Made by a program: the position numbers and the translations under genes. 64,000 bases of DNA from Macrostomum lignano. Taxonomy: Eukaryota. The notes under the pieces are model-generated. The model saw nothing but the letters and a program-made list of their open reading frames with translations, did not search any database and was not told where the DNA came from. The DNA lies in NCBI GenBank assembly GCA_002269645.1, contig NIVC01002131.1, positions 1 through 64,000 on the forward strand, written 5' to 3'. Below are positions 37,385-50,600 of the stretch, in pieces. Numbering within the stretch: the stretch's first letter is position 1; every line of letters starts with the position of its first letter.

Positions 37385-38015
37385 TTAGGTCTTCTGAAGT
37401 TTAGGCCGTCTTGTGAACTTTAGGTCTTGTGAACTTTAGGTCTTGTGAACTTTAGGTCTTCTGAAGTTTAGGTCTTGTGAATTTTAGGTCTTCTGAAGTT
37501 TAGGTCTTCTGAAGTTTAGGTCTTCTGAAGTTTAGGTCTTCTGAAGTTTAGGCCGTCTTGTGAACTTTAGGTCTTGTGAATTTTAGGTCTTCTGAAGTTT
37601 AGGTCTTCTGAAGTTTAGGTCTTGTGAATTTTAGGTCTTCTGAAGTTTAGGTCTTCTGAAGTTTAGGTCTTGTGAATTTTAGATCTTGTAAAGTTTAGGT
37701 CTTGTGAAGTTTAGGTCTGTTGAAGTTTAGGCCTTGTTAGACTATAGATCTTGTGAAGTTTAGGTCTTGTAAAGTTTAGGTTTTGTGAAGTTTAGGTCTT
37801 GTAAAGTTTAGATCTTGTGAAGTTTAGGTTTTGTGAAGTTTAGGTTTTGTGAAGTTCAGGTTTTGTGAAGTTTAGGTTTTGTGAAGTTTAGGTCCTGTGA
37901 AGTTTAGGTTTTGTGAAGTTTAGGTCCTGTGAAGTTTAGGTGTTGTAATGAATTTTAGTTCCTGTGAAGTTTAGGTCTCTTGAGGTTTAGGTCTTGTGAA
38001 GTTTAGGTTTTGTGA
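37385..38015. repeat. 16-bp minisatellite (gaagtttaggtcttgt)
   Basis: About 39 variant units. Confidence 0.95.
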
Positions 38016-39552
38016 AAGGACCCCCCTCCTTTGCCATTCTCATATCTTAATATATGGGGCCTCAAAACCGCATGCATTTACTGCATCGATGAGTACAGTA
38101 GAAACACTATACATTTATACACTGTATCGCAGTCATGTAGCTGGGTCACGGATACCACCAAACTTTAAGTATACTGCTCTCACGACTGCCTCATAGTAAC
38201 GTCGTAATTTATCCAAAATAGAACTGTACACGATAACTATAAAAGCAAAGGCATTCATAAGTTGTAAACGTGTCACATAAATTAAAAAAAGCTTCCCATG
38301 TAGGGCGGCAGGCATTGTGATTGTGCTCACAGAGTGTGCTCACCTCTCCCCTAATGAAGCTCAGCTGCCCAGCTGACTCATCGGCCAGAGACCTCTAATA
38401 ACTATACTTAATTTTCCAGTTTCCATGAAAGAGGAGATAGGGAGAAAAAATTTAATTAACACGTACGAGAAGGAAGGAAATGACAGGTCTTTCAGACGGA
38501 GAACTCAGCTCATTATTTTTCGTTCCTACGCGCATTTTTTTGACTGCTATGCTAATGCACGGTTTGAGTTGAAGTGAACTTTAATTGAAGTCATGTTCTC
38601 TTGGTTTTTTCCCATCGCCATCAACTACACGAGTTGCTTTTGACTACTGATTATAAGTAATTGAAAGGAAGTTAAGGCAAAAAATAACTTAAACGAGACG
38701 GTTAGAAATGTGGCTGTATCGAGCTCATATGCATGGTTCGGCCGTTAGAGTGCTTGTGTCTCGTGAATGACCCTTGATCTGGTAGATTCAAAACTTCAAT
38801 GGTCGGCCGTCTGCGGTGTCATGACCTCCCCATGACCCCCTTGTCTACGCCACTATACAAAAGTGCTTCAAATTTATATCGGGAAAAGAAATTTAAAAAA
38901 TTCAATTACTCATTGGTAGTCTGTAGTGTTTTCCAGTGTAACCTTCAAAAAGTACCAAAAATACTGACCCCAATGGAGGTTGAAAATGAATGTCAAGTAC
39001 ACCCTCAGAATATGTAAATGCTGCTAAAGTACGCGAAGACCTTTTTTATTGGACTGGCACGGCCGCACGAATCGCGGAAAAACTGTCGGCCGCAAAGACA
39101 AGGACGACTAGGTTTGGATGGATTTGCGTGGCCAGCCGCGTCAGGGGATCTAGATGTAGATGGGAAGCTGGATCGATTTTTTTACAGATAGACCTCCCAG
39201 AGGGCTGCAGCCAGGGATCCACGGGAATTCGCTGACAGCCCTCCCCTCTTTCGCTCTCTTACCAACATTTGCCAAGCTTTTAAAAAAATCTAGGGACGCA
39301 ACAGCGGCGCGTGGACCTAGGTAAAAACACACTATACCTGTCCATAGGTAATAGGTAGAGCCTATCGCACTTATACTTGTTTCCGGCATTCCTGAAAAAT
39401 TCCCAAACTGCGGTCTTGTTTCAGGCACCAGCTGGAGCTCAGCCACTTATTAGAGAGCCGCCTGCGCCATATTTGCAGTTACCTCTAGTGCACTACAATT
39501 TATATTAAATTTTACCTATTCATAAGCCATGTGCACTACATATAGGTTTAAT

Positions 39553-39699
39553 GGGGGCCGTAGCCTGGTGGTCTAGCGCGATGCTCTTATGTACTAGCCG
39601 CTCAGACTCGATTCCAAGTGCAGTCACATTAATTTGGGGCTAAATTGGAATCTCTGCTTGGGTCTGCTCGTGCAATTTAACGCCCTTGAGAGCCAACCC
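39553..39699 (+). mobile_element. 5' half of the tRNA-derived SINE (3' part missing)
   Basis: gggggccgtagcctggtggtctagcg...ctcgattccaagtgcagt...gagagccaaccc matches the head of the 9748-10113 copy, then ends in TTTT. Confidence 0.85.
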
Positions 39700-40014
39700 T
39701 TTTAAATTTGTTTAGATTTAAAATTAAACCAAGATTATCGAAATCCGTTGGCAGCAGACTGAAGTCTTGCCAAAAAAAAGTGTGAGTACGGTTCTCTGAA
39801 ACTCGCCTATATGCAGTTAACGTGTTATATATCTAAGAAAATATGAAATTGGATGAGACAAAATTGTACATATACACAGAGATGGCTCTTGGCTATAGTC
39901 TTGTCATTGACTCTAGGCTAAATTTACCACAGCATATAATTGTTGAGGCATTATTTAGAAAGCGCATTGCGTCCCTGAATCAGGTGGTTCAGATCGTTGT
40001 GTTTGTATCAACAT

Positions 40015-40874
40015 CAGGGGCGTCGCCAATGGGGGCGACAGAGGGGACATGTCCCCCCCCCCAGTAAAAGATCGGGGGAGGGGCATATGCCAATGCTTTG
40101 TCCCCCCCACCCCACCTGGTGACCCGTTATGGAAATCAATACTTTTGCAGCTGGGAGACAAACCATAGCGCCTGTGGCGCTAAAATGAGTGCCTGTGGCG
40201 CTAAAATGAGTGCCTGTGGCGCTAAAATGAGTGCCTGTGGCGCTAAAATGAGTGCCTGTGGCGCTAAAATGAGTGCCTGTGGCGCTAAAATGAGTGCCTG
40301 TGGCGCTAAAATGAGTGCCTGTGGCGCTAAAATGAGTGCCTGCGGCGCTAAAATGAGTGCCTGTGGCGCTAAAATGAGTGCCTGTGGCGCTAAAATGAGT
40401 GCCTGTGGCGCTAAAATGAGTGCCTGTGGCGCTAAAATGAGTGCCTGCGGTGCCAAAATGAGTGCCTGTGGCGCTAAAATGAGTGCCTGCGGTGCCAAAA
40501 TGAGTGCCTGTGGCGCTAAAATGAGTGCCTGCGGTGCCAAAATGAGTGCCTGCGGCGCTAAAATGAGTGCCTGTGGCGCTAAAAATGAGTGCCTGTGGCG
40601 CTAAAATGAGTGCCTGTGGCGCTAAAATGAGTGCCTGCGGCGCTAAAATGAGTGCCTGCGGCTCTAAAATGAGTGCCTGCGGCGCTAAAATGAGTGCCTG
40701 TGGCGCTAAAATGAGTACCTGTGGCGCTAAAATGAGTGCCTGCGGCGCCAAAATGAGTGCTCACAATACCGATTTTGAAAATAATGTACATGTAGGAATT
40801 TATTCATGTACATGTACGTGTATAATTGTTGGCTTTGTCCCCCCCCCACCAAAAAATCCATGGCGACGCTCCTG
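40015..40874. mobile_element. hAT-like MITE carrying an internal 21-bp minisatellite (tgcctgtggcgctaaaatgag, about 40168-40760)
   Basis: Termini CAGGGGCGTCGCCA and TGGCGACGCTCCTG are inverted with 1 mismatch; subterminal tgtccccccc motifs on both sides; TSD degraded. Confidence 0.75.
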
Positions 40875-42130
40875 CTGAACAACATTGTTATAAAATCCTA
40901 AAACTATAATTTCTTTTAGTACTTCTGGGAAGCAAAACTCCTTTAGCTCAAATTTCCATTTAAATTACAATTGAAAAGCTTTAAAATCAGTTTTTAATCG
41001 TGTCCCAGAATCACAAAACCCGGGATTTTGCGGTTCCTACGCTACGCTGAATTGACTAATCCTTCCTGATATAAGAGATATCGTGTCTCCAAATAGTTAC
41101 AACACAGCAATTCAATTGCTAAAAGGTGCAGTACCAACATTAAGCTTGTACTGCAGCAAAGCGTATATTGACTGTCGATGATTATTTTACGTTCTGTGGA
41201 CGCGTACCACCATAAAAGTTAGTATTATATTCTTAGTTACGTTTGCTGCGATGCACCGCGTGCGCAGTCAGAACCAGCCGGACCCAACGTGACGCTCCCT
41301 CGCTCGGCAACCTCAAGCATTTATTTTATTACAGCCGGACAGTTATAAAAACCAGACCTTGCAGCGTGCGCTTGAACGGAAAAGTTTACTGCCTGCCCCG
41401 TAGAATGGTCAATAAAACAAAATAAATGTATGCCCTCGTATTATAGCCGTAATTCATGCGCTTAATTAATGCGCTTAAGCAAGTTCTGCCTTGCAACAAA
41501 AATGACTCAACAGAGAGCTCTCCCAGGAAGAGAGCGAACTGCAACATCCTCCATGGCTAATCGGTGTGCGCAAGTTTACACTGTAGCTAATAAAGCTGAT
41601 TCCCAAATGACTAATCCAAAATTTTTTTGATTAGTTCCTAATTAATCAACAGATATTACACTACTTCAACAGGTGTACATGTACAACTAACTGGCTATAG
41701 GTATTACAATCCCAGCGTTTGGTCTTTTCTTCTGACCTACGGGATCCCGTATGTCATGAGATTTTAGAAACTCATGTCCTATGGAAGACATTAGCTAGTG
41801 TATAGAAAAGCTATTTGATTTCTCATGTATTCAAAAATAGGCTCGAGTAGAAATACGTTTCCCTGTTCCCAAAATTGGGACAAAAATGCATAACAGAATA
41901 AAAGTGACTCAGTATAGCCAACAGACAAGCAAAATTTCTTGCCAAGAGCCCTGTAGCCAATATAGTAGCTGCCGAAGCTATTCGAAAGAAGATTAAGTGG
42001 TCCGAATCGCAATGACTTCTGACCAAACGGAGCTCCCTAACAAATGAAGCCTAACAACAAAGACGAGGCCTGAGAGCTTTATTCAAGACCTGAAAAGCCG
42101 GTCTAATGTCCTACATGACTCTCTTAGGCC

Positions 42131-42413
42131 CAGGGTTGGCAATTTTTTTTACCTTAAGTGCCAGATAAAGAATCAATAGCTCATAGCTGCGGGCCAGACG
42201 AAAGGAAAGGAGTGGGAATAGAGAAGAGAACTAGAGGGAGTAGGCGAGAGAGGAGATGAGAGGATAGATGGGATGAGAGATAATAGAAAAGAAAAGAATG
42301 GAGACAGGATCGAGACAAACATCAAGCGGGCCGGGCTGGATGGCTATTGTGAAGTTGCAAAGGACCCAAGGCTCTTAAGAGAGGCTTCGCGGGTCGAAGT
42401 TTGTCGACCCCAC
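42131..42413. mobile_element. Degenerate hAT-like MITE remnant
   Basis: cagggttggcaa ... tttgtcgacccca resemble hAT CAGGGGTCGGCAAAC-type TIRs; no clean TSD. Confidence 0.35.
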
Positions 42414-45204
42414 TTTAAGGAAACAGAATAAATACTTCAAATCAGAACAAGAAATAAAAATGTTTTCTGCATCGCAACTAATTTTGAAGGTCCAAGTTCA
42501 AACTCAAACTCCACACTCAAACTCTACAAGTTTCAAGTGAATTTTGAAAAAAATATACGGCTTTCTGCAGTTGAAGCCGAAATAAACGGGAAGCTCTGGC
42601 ACTGTAGAGATCAATCCATGGCTAACAGAGATGAAAACTCCACAACTATAACGTTACTTTATGTGGAATGCTCGTCAACTTTGTTTAAAAACAATTTCGA
42701 ATGGGTACGGAAGCACCGAGACTCTACCGATAAAAACGGAGCAAGGGTCGACCGGAACTATCGCCAAAACTGCGGTACGATCGAATATTGACGGAGTAGA
42801 AAAGTTTCGCTGAAATGACGCCGTATTGTCATGGACAGACGATAAAATCCGCGTTACGTACACGTAGTGGCGTCAAAATGGCGGCTCACACAAGAACGTC
42901 GGTATAGCGACCATATGTGACCCTTCCTGGTGGTAAATACGGCCGAAATCTGGCGAAATAAAGACTTAAAGATCAGATTTCCGTAGTTCAATGCATCTTA
43001 TCAATTAAACAATATTTTCTGGCAAATTCCGCTTGAAGGTCAGTGATTCTGAATCCAGACTGCTCTTGATAGTCTGGTGACTGCCAGCCAGAAACTCAGC
43101 TGGCTCAGAAAATCAGCTGTTTTAAGAGACCTAAAAATGAAGTTGAATGCCATTGGCAGTCATTAATTATTGTTCAGTAACCACAAAACTTTAAGCATAA
43201 AAAATCCCTGAGTTAACCTATACCTGGATGAGGATGTCATATGCGTCGCTTTGAAGTTTGTCGCTTAAATGCCATCCACGCAGCATGCGGATATTTTGTC
43301 CGATTTAAAAATACTCACAGCGTGACACCAATCTGCTCTGATGTATAAAATATTTTAGACATCAATAAAGTGAGCATTGGTATTTTGAAGATACCGCAGC
43401 AAATCGCTCTGGTCTGTTAGTACACGTAGTAAAATGACGCAAGGTTTAAAAATGTCCTTTCAATTACCTTCCCTCCTCAATTTTGCATTTGAACGCCTAA
43501 AAACTGCACTAAATGGGGGAGGAGGCTACAAATCTGTTCAAAAGATCAAGTCTGTAGACTTTACATAATTATCGGATGGGATGTGAGAAGTTGCTGAAAT
43601 ACGTAAGTTTGCATGCAGAGGTTAATCGAAAGTTATTAATGGAACTTGACAGAAGTGCCAGCAGCTACAACAGAACAGGGTTGCACATCACTTTTTTCGC
43701 ATTTTAATCCTTCTACCAACTCAACGGACGGACGAATGAACGGACGGTAATTGCAAAACGGAACAGTTTAAAGTATCTCGTCCGAATACTCTGCATGGCA
43801 GAGCTGCTAAATTGCTTTCGTGCACTTTTCAGGGTAATTTTGGCGCGGAAAAAACTTGGGTCTGCACAAAAAAATGAAACTGCAACAGTTTCTGATCTGA
43901 CAAAAATGACTTACGCTTGACTCTATTAGGTCAAAATATATATACGGACAACTACTTCGTACTACCGCAGTAACTTTAACCGAATAAACAGTGTACTATA
44001 GTGCTAATCAACAAGGTACCCAGTGTACAATTTAAACAGTTAAAGTCAAGATTAGAATTTCTAAAATTAGTTCAGACACACCAACCCCGCTTTTGTTGAG
44101 CAAGAAAAATGTTAAACCAGAAACTTTCCTACATGTCTTCGCTGTTAAAGCGTGACAATATAAGAAAGACTTAAACACTAACCCTATAATCTAGTCCTCT
44201 AGTCCGGGCAAAGCAAATCACTCTCAGATGCAAATTCTCTGCCACAGACTAGATTTTCCTTGAAAAAAAAACAGAGGCCACCGGAATTGCATTTCTTTCC
44301 CCAAGTACAGGCCACGCAGTTGCTGCATTACACAAGAACATTGGTTTCCTACATTTTATTTAGTTTTCCCATTCCGCTCCGAATCCTCAGACGCAGTGGG
44401 ATGCAGGGAAATATTTATTTAGACATTTCTTCGCTAATCTGTCCGGTCTGGAAGAAGCAAGCCTATCCGATAGGCTGAACCAGAACCAGAATCCTACTGA
44501 CCAGACCAAACCGATTTCTTCATATCACCTCCAGTTTTTATACAGAAGTATTTACAAATCGACAGTTGCAGCGACCGCGACACGCACACTGGAAGAAAAC
44601 TGGCGCAGGATGGCTGCAGAAATGAAAAAAAAGAGAAAATCATTTCCTTTCGTTCAAAGCCGGGTTCCTCGAAAAAAGGAGAGAGAAAAATTTGCGGAAG
44701 AAACCCTACGGCCGGAGCCGGGTCAGACGGACAGCTGTCTCTCGACTTTTTCATAGATGTAGCTATAGAAAAAGAAGAAAAGCAGGAGTTAGCGAATGAA
44801 TACCGCTGCAGCAGCCAGTGTCCACGCGGCTGCGGCCTCTCGTGACTCATATCGTGTGAATGAGCGAGAGAAAATGATTCTGTGCAACCCAAGACAGATG
44901 CGAGCTATAACTGCAAACTGATAGACTGGCACTGACTACATCATACAGACCACAGTCCCCATGCTTCTGCTAGCGAGCTGTGGGGCACAGAAAGCTGACA
45001 GAGAGAAGCCATATATGCAGTCTTTGACTCTTCCACTTAGGTAAATACTGGAACAGACAGGATTGTTTGTGTTGGGCATCCTGCGGAACTAAATTATGAT
45101 AATAAATAAATCTAATCGTATTAACAGGCTAAACAGATACTTTTAGTGCAAGATTCCACTACACCTGCATGTTGAACTCTGGCACGTTAAGAGGATGGCG
45201 TCTC

Positions 45205-45470
45205 GGCAACTGAGGATCTGGGAGAATGGCCCAGCAACTGAGGATCTGGGAGGCTGGCCCAGCAGCTGAGGATCTGGGAGGCTGGCCCAGCAACTGAGGA
45301 TCTGGGAGGGTGGCCCAGCAACTGAGGATCTGGGAGGCTGGCCCAGCAATTGAGGATCTGGGTGGTCCAGCAACTGGAGATCTGGGAGGCTGGCCCAGCA
45401 ACTGAGAATGTGGGAGGCTGGCCCAGAAACTGGGGATCTGGGAGGCTGGCCCAGAAACTGGGGAAGATGG
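45205..45470. repeat. 28-bp minisatellite (gaggatctgggaggctggcccagcaact)
   Basis: About 9 units. Confidence 0.93.
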
Positions 45471-46534
45471 CAGGTACAAAGAAATGGAGCACTTCACTGC
45501 ACTCTGGGTTTAACTAAAATTGGTTAAGCAAAATATAACTGCAATTTACTTAGCTAGCACATGTATGTACAAAGCAGGCATATCCGTTATATATAGAAAA
45601 AGAACATTGCTATCAGAACTGAGCAATAGCACTCTACTCAAGCCGGTTCGAGAAATCGAGAGTCAGACAAGAAGCAGCCAATTTCCGTATTTTCTGGTCC
45701 TTTCCGGTTGGCCTGAACAGCCTGTGCTCGCGCAGAAAAAGGTAACGAGCTCGGCACGCGACATGGTTTCGAAAACACTCATATTTTCATGTTCCTGTTG
45801 CATATATTTCAATGACAATGCTACTTCTTTTATCTATACTACTAATAAAGGGATAAGCAATACTCAGTGTGCGCATTTACTAAGGCCACCCTTGGAGGGG
45901 TCCAACTGCGGGGACCCGCGGTCGGAGCAGAATGTCACCGACGCTGAAAATATAGGAAATAACAATAATAGATGATTACAAAAAATATTTATAAAGTACT
46001 CGAGTTGGTAGACTAAATAATAATTAGTTGTACTTTAGAAGCTACGCAAAAACCTTGTATAGCGCGTTTTGCCTGAAAAATAAATTTTCTTGAAACTACA
46101 AATGGAAGATACTACTATCTAATCAAAGCTAAGTAGTAGCATGAACATAATGCAAAGCTTTAAAAACATTTTTTTCGATTGTGCAAAGCATGCAATATTC
46201 GCTACTATTTTTTCAGGCAAAACTGATCAGTAAACATCAGTTAAGCTTACTACAAAACAGACAAAAAGCTATTGATGAATTTGGGCATTACAGGCAATCA
46301 TAATGAACCTGGTAACCGTATCAGCGCACACACAAACATGAACGCAAATCAATGCTGAGCACGTGCGCACACAGCAGAGAAAGAGCGATAAATTAAGCAA
46401 GTTTAGCAAACATTTTTAGGGAGCTGAACATTTTCATTTTTTGTGCATAGCAACCATTAATTTTTTAGCAAATACGAGTACATCCAGATAGAGTAGACAA
46501 GGTCAGCCAATCAGTGATTAGCCAAATTAATAGA

Positions 46535-47400
46535 TCAACTGATCAACAACTCAAATGATTTATGCATCAACTGATCAATAACTCAAATGATTGATGCATC
46601 AACTGATCAGTAACTCAAATGATTGATGCATCAACTGATTAGTAACTCAAATGATTGATGCATCAACTGATTAGTAACTCAAATGATTGATGCATCAACT
46701 GATCAATAACTTAAATGATTTATGCATCAACTGATCAATAACTCAAATGATTGATGCACCAACTGATCAATAACTTAAATGATTGATGCATCAACTGATC
46801 AATAACTTAAATGATTGATGCATCAACTGATCAATAACTCAAATGATTGATGCATCAACTGATCAATAACTCAAATGATTGATGCATCAACTGATCAACA
46901 ACTCAAATGATTTATGCATCAACTGATCAACAACTCAAATGATTGATGCATCAACTGATCAATAACTCAAATGATTTATGCATCAACTGATCAACAACTC
47001 AAATGATTGATGCATCAACTGATCAACAACTCAAATGATTGATGCATCAACTGATCAACAACTCAAATGATTGATGCATCAACTGATCAACAACTTAAAT
47101 GATTGATGCATCAACTGATCAACAACTCAAATGATTGATGCATCAACTGATCAATAACTCAAATGATTGATGCATCAACTAATCAACAACTCAAATGATT
47201 GATGCATCAACTGATCAACAACTCAAATGATTGATGCATCAACTGATCAACAACTCAAATGATTGATGCATCAACTGATCAACAACCCAAATGATTGATG
47301 CATCAACTGATCAACAACTCAAATGATTGATGCATCAACTGATCAATGGATCAACTCATCAAAGACTTAAATGATTGATGCAACAACTGATCAATGCATC
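46535..47400. repeat. 32-bp palindrome-containing minisatellite (tcaaatgattgatgcatcaactgatcaacaac)
   Basis: About 26 units; most contain the perfect palindrome TTGATGCATCAA and TGATCA. Confidence 0.96.
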
Positions 47401-47624
47401 AGCTCATCAATGGTTAAAGTAATCAACAACTCAAATTCAGAAGCTATTAATAGAGCACCCCATCAGTTAATCAATGTATCAATTAATTAATAATCAAACT
47501 ATCAATAGTTCATCCCATAATTCAGCGATCGCTTGAAATAGTACCGATCTGGTCTATCGATTACAGCTAAGCAACCAAAACGGGACAGATTATTAAAAAA
47601 GTACACAGCTTGCAGTTCCGCGGC

Positions 47625-50600
47625 CTACTGGAGCGGGCTAAATGGCGTAGGCTTGAGCACCCGGCAGCTCATGGTGTCAATCAGGCTGACAGTTTTGCGA
47701 ACAGTCTCGGCCCATTCCGGCTTGTGCCAGGCCATGTCGCGGACCTCGTTGCGGTGCACCAAGTCTTTGTAGCACCACAGGTGGTGCACCTGGTGCAGAT
47801 CGCCGATGTGGGAGAACAGGCCGCAGACGGCCTCATCGTCGCTGCGGCGGCAGCGCAGGCCGTGCGCCCAGTAGTTGCCCCACTCTAGCAGATTGCCTGC
47901 GATGCGAATAAAGTACAAGTTTAAGTGCTTTCTTTTCTGAATTTTCATATCTCCGACACTTTATATCTCTGACCAGATTAACTCTAACCCTAACGGAGAT
48001 ATGAAGTGTCTGAGATGTGAAGTGTCGGGGATATGAAGTGTCTGAGATGTGAAGTGTCGGGGATATGAAGTGTCTGAGATGTGAAGTGTCTGAGATGTGA
48101 AGTGTCTGAGATATGAAGTGTTTGAGATGTGAAGTGTCGGGGATATGAAGTGTCTGAGATGTGAAGTGTCGGGGATATGAAGTGTCTGAGATGTGAAGTG
48201 TCGGGGATATGAAGTGTCTGAGATGTGAAGTGTCTGAGATGTGAAGTGTCTGAGATATGAAGTGTTTGAGATGTGAAGTGTCGGAGATATGAAGTGTCTG
48301 AGATGTGAAGTGTCTGAGATATGAAGTGTCTGAGATATGAAGTGTCGGAGATATGAAGTGTCGGAGATATGAAGTGTCGGGGATATGAAGTGTCTGAGAT
48401 GTGAAGTGTCTGAGATATGAAGTGTCTGAGATATGAAGTGTCGGGGATATGAAGTGTCAGAGATGTGAAGTGTCTGAGATATGAAGTGTCGGGGATATGA
48501 AGTGTCTGAGATGTGAAGTGTCTGAGATATGAAGTGTCGGGGATATGAAGTGTCTGAGATGTGAAGTGTCTGAGATATGAAGTGTCTGAGATGTGAAGTG
48601 TCGGGGATATGAAGTGTCTGAGATGTGAAGTGTCGGGGATATGAAGTGTCTGAGATATGAAGTGTCTGAGATGTGAAGTGTCTGAGATATGAAGTGTCTG
48701 AGATATGAAGTGTCGGGGATATGAAGTGTCAGAGATGTGAAGTGTCTGAGATGTGAAGTGTCTGAGATATGAAGTGTCTGAGATGTGAAGTGTCGGGGAT
48801 ATGAAGTGTCTGAGATGTGAAGTGTCTGAGATATGAAGTGTCTGAGATGTGAAGTGTCGGGGATATGAAGTGTCTGAGATGTGAAGTGTCGGGGATATGA
48901 AGTGTCTGAGATGTGAAGTGTCTGAGATGTGAAGTGTCTGAGATATGAAGTGTTTGAGATGTGAAGTGTCGGGGATATGAAGTGTCTTAGATGTGAAGTG
49001 TCGGGGATATGAAGTGTCTGAGATGTGAAGTGTCGGGGATATGAAGTGTCTGAGATGTGAAGTGTCTGAGATGTGAAGTGTCTGAGATGTGAAGTGTCTG
49101 AGATATGAAGTGTCGGGGATATGAAGTGTCGGAGATATGAAGTGTCGGGGATATGAAGTGTCGGAGATATGAAGTGTCTGAGATATGAAGTGTCGGGGAT
49201 ATGAAGTGTCGGAGATATGAAGTGTCGGGGATATGAAGTGTCTGTGAGATATGAAGTGTCGGGGATATGAAGTGTCGGAGATATGAAGTGTCGGGGATAT
49301 GAAGTGTCGGGGATATGAAGTGTCGGGGATATGAAGTGTCTGAGATATGAAGTGTCGGGGATATGAAGTGTCGGGGATATGAAGTGTCTGAGATATGAAG
49401 TGTCGGGGATATGAAGTGTCTGAGATATGAAGTGTCGGAGATATGAAGTGTCTGAGATATGAAGTGTCGGGGATATGAAGTGTCGGAGATATGAAGTGTC
49501 TGAGATATGAAGTGTCGGAGATATGAAGTGTCTGAGATATGAAGTGTCGGGGATATGAAGTGTCGGGGATATGAAGTGTCGGGGATATGAAGTGTCGGAG
49601 ATATGAAGTGTCGGGGATATGAAGTGTCGGAGATATGAAGTGTCGTTGATATGAAGTGTCGGAGATATGAAGTGTCGGGGATATGAAGTGCCTGAGATGT
49701 GAAGTGCCGGAGATATGAAGTGCCTGAGATGTGAAGTGTCGGAGATATGAAGTACCTGAGATGTGAAGTGTCGGGGATATGAAGTGTCTGAGATATGAAG
49801 TGCCGAGATATGAAAGCACCCCATTGAAAGCTTTGAAGAGTGGGTAACTCATTAAGAAAAAAATTCATTTTGCTTCATACTCTCGAAGCTTTGCACTTTC
49901 TAAGCGGAGGATACCCAAATGTTGAGTAGAAATTTCCAACACAGAGTAGGACTTCCAAAAATACAAGAATACGATTTTAGATTACAGAGTGAGGTTTTCG
50001 AAATTTAGAGTGAGATTTCCAAAATTCAGAGTGAGATTTCCAAAATTCAGAGTGAGATTTCCAAAATGCATTACTCCTAGCTCACCCGGACGCAGATTGT
50101 AGCTCCTCAGCTCGTAGATGTGCTCGCCATTGCGCGGCTCCACCTCCGGCCAGAAGGTGAACTTCAAGCAGATTTGATTGCGCCGGGAGCGCAGCATTTC
50201 GTTGCGCTTCTGTCGATAGCTGAGCAGCTCGGGGTCGGACCGGTACAGGTGGTAGTGCTTCTGGTAGGCCTGCGGCGGTTCCGTTGGCAACTGATGCTTA
50301 TAATGATGCTCAGCGATTAACCCAGCTGATAAACTTTTAGTTAACTACGGTAAGAAGGTGAGCACGTAAGGAGTGACCCTTGCATTCACCCCAGAGTGAG
50401 GCTAGGAGTGACCCTTGAATTCACCCAAGAGTGAGTCTAGGAGTGACCTTTGCATTTATCCTAAAACTGGGAGTGATCCTTGCATTTATCCTAAAACTGG
50501 GAGTGACCCTTGCATTTATCCTAAAACTGGGAGTGACCCTTGCATTTATCCTAAAACTGGGAGTGACCCTTGCATTTATCCTAAAACTGGGAGTGACCCT

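Noticed and set aside
39553-39625. Possible tRNA gene
   Set aside because: No consistent cloverleaf or anticodon arm; it continues into SINE body sequence shared with other copies.
45520-45975. 151-aa plus-strand ORF
   Set aside because: Starts at a non-ATG codon, has no recognisable motif and no supporting splice structure.
47990-49868. 620, 455 and 293-aa ORFs (RHFISQTLHISDTSYL)n
   Set aside because: Stop-free translations of a 16-bp minisatellite in all three frames, inside a NIPSNAP intron.
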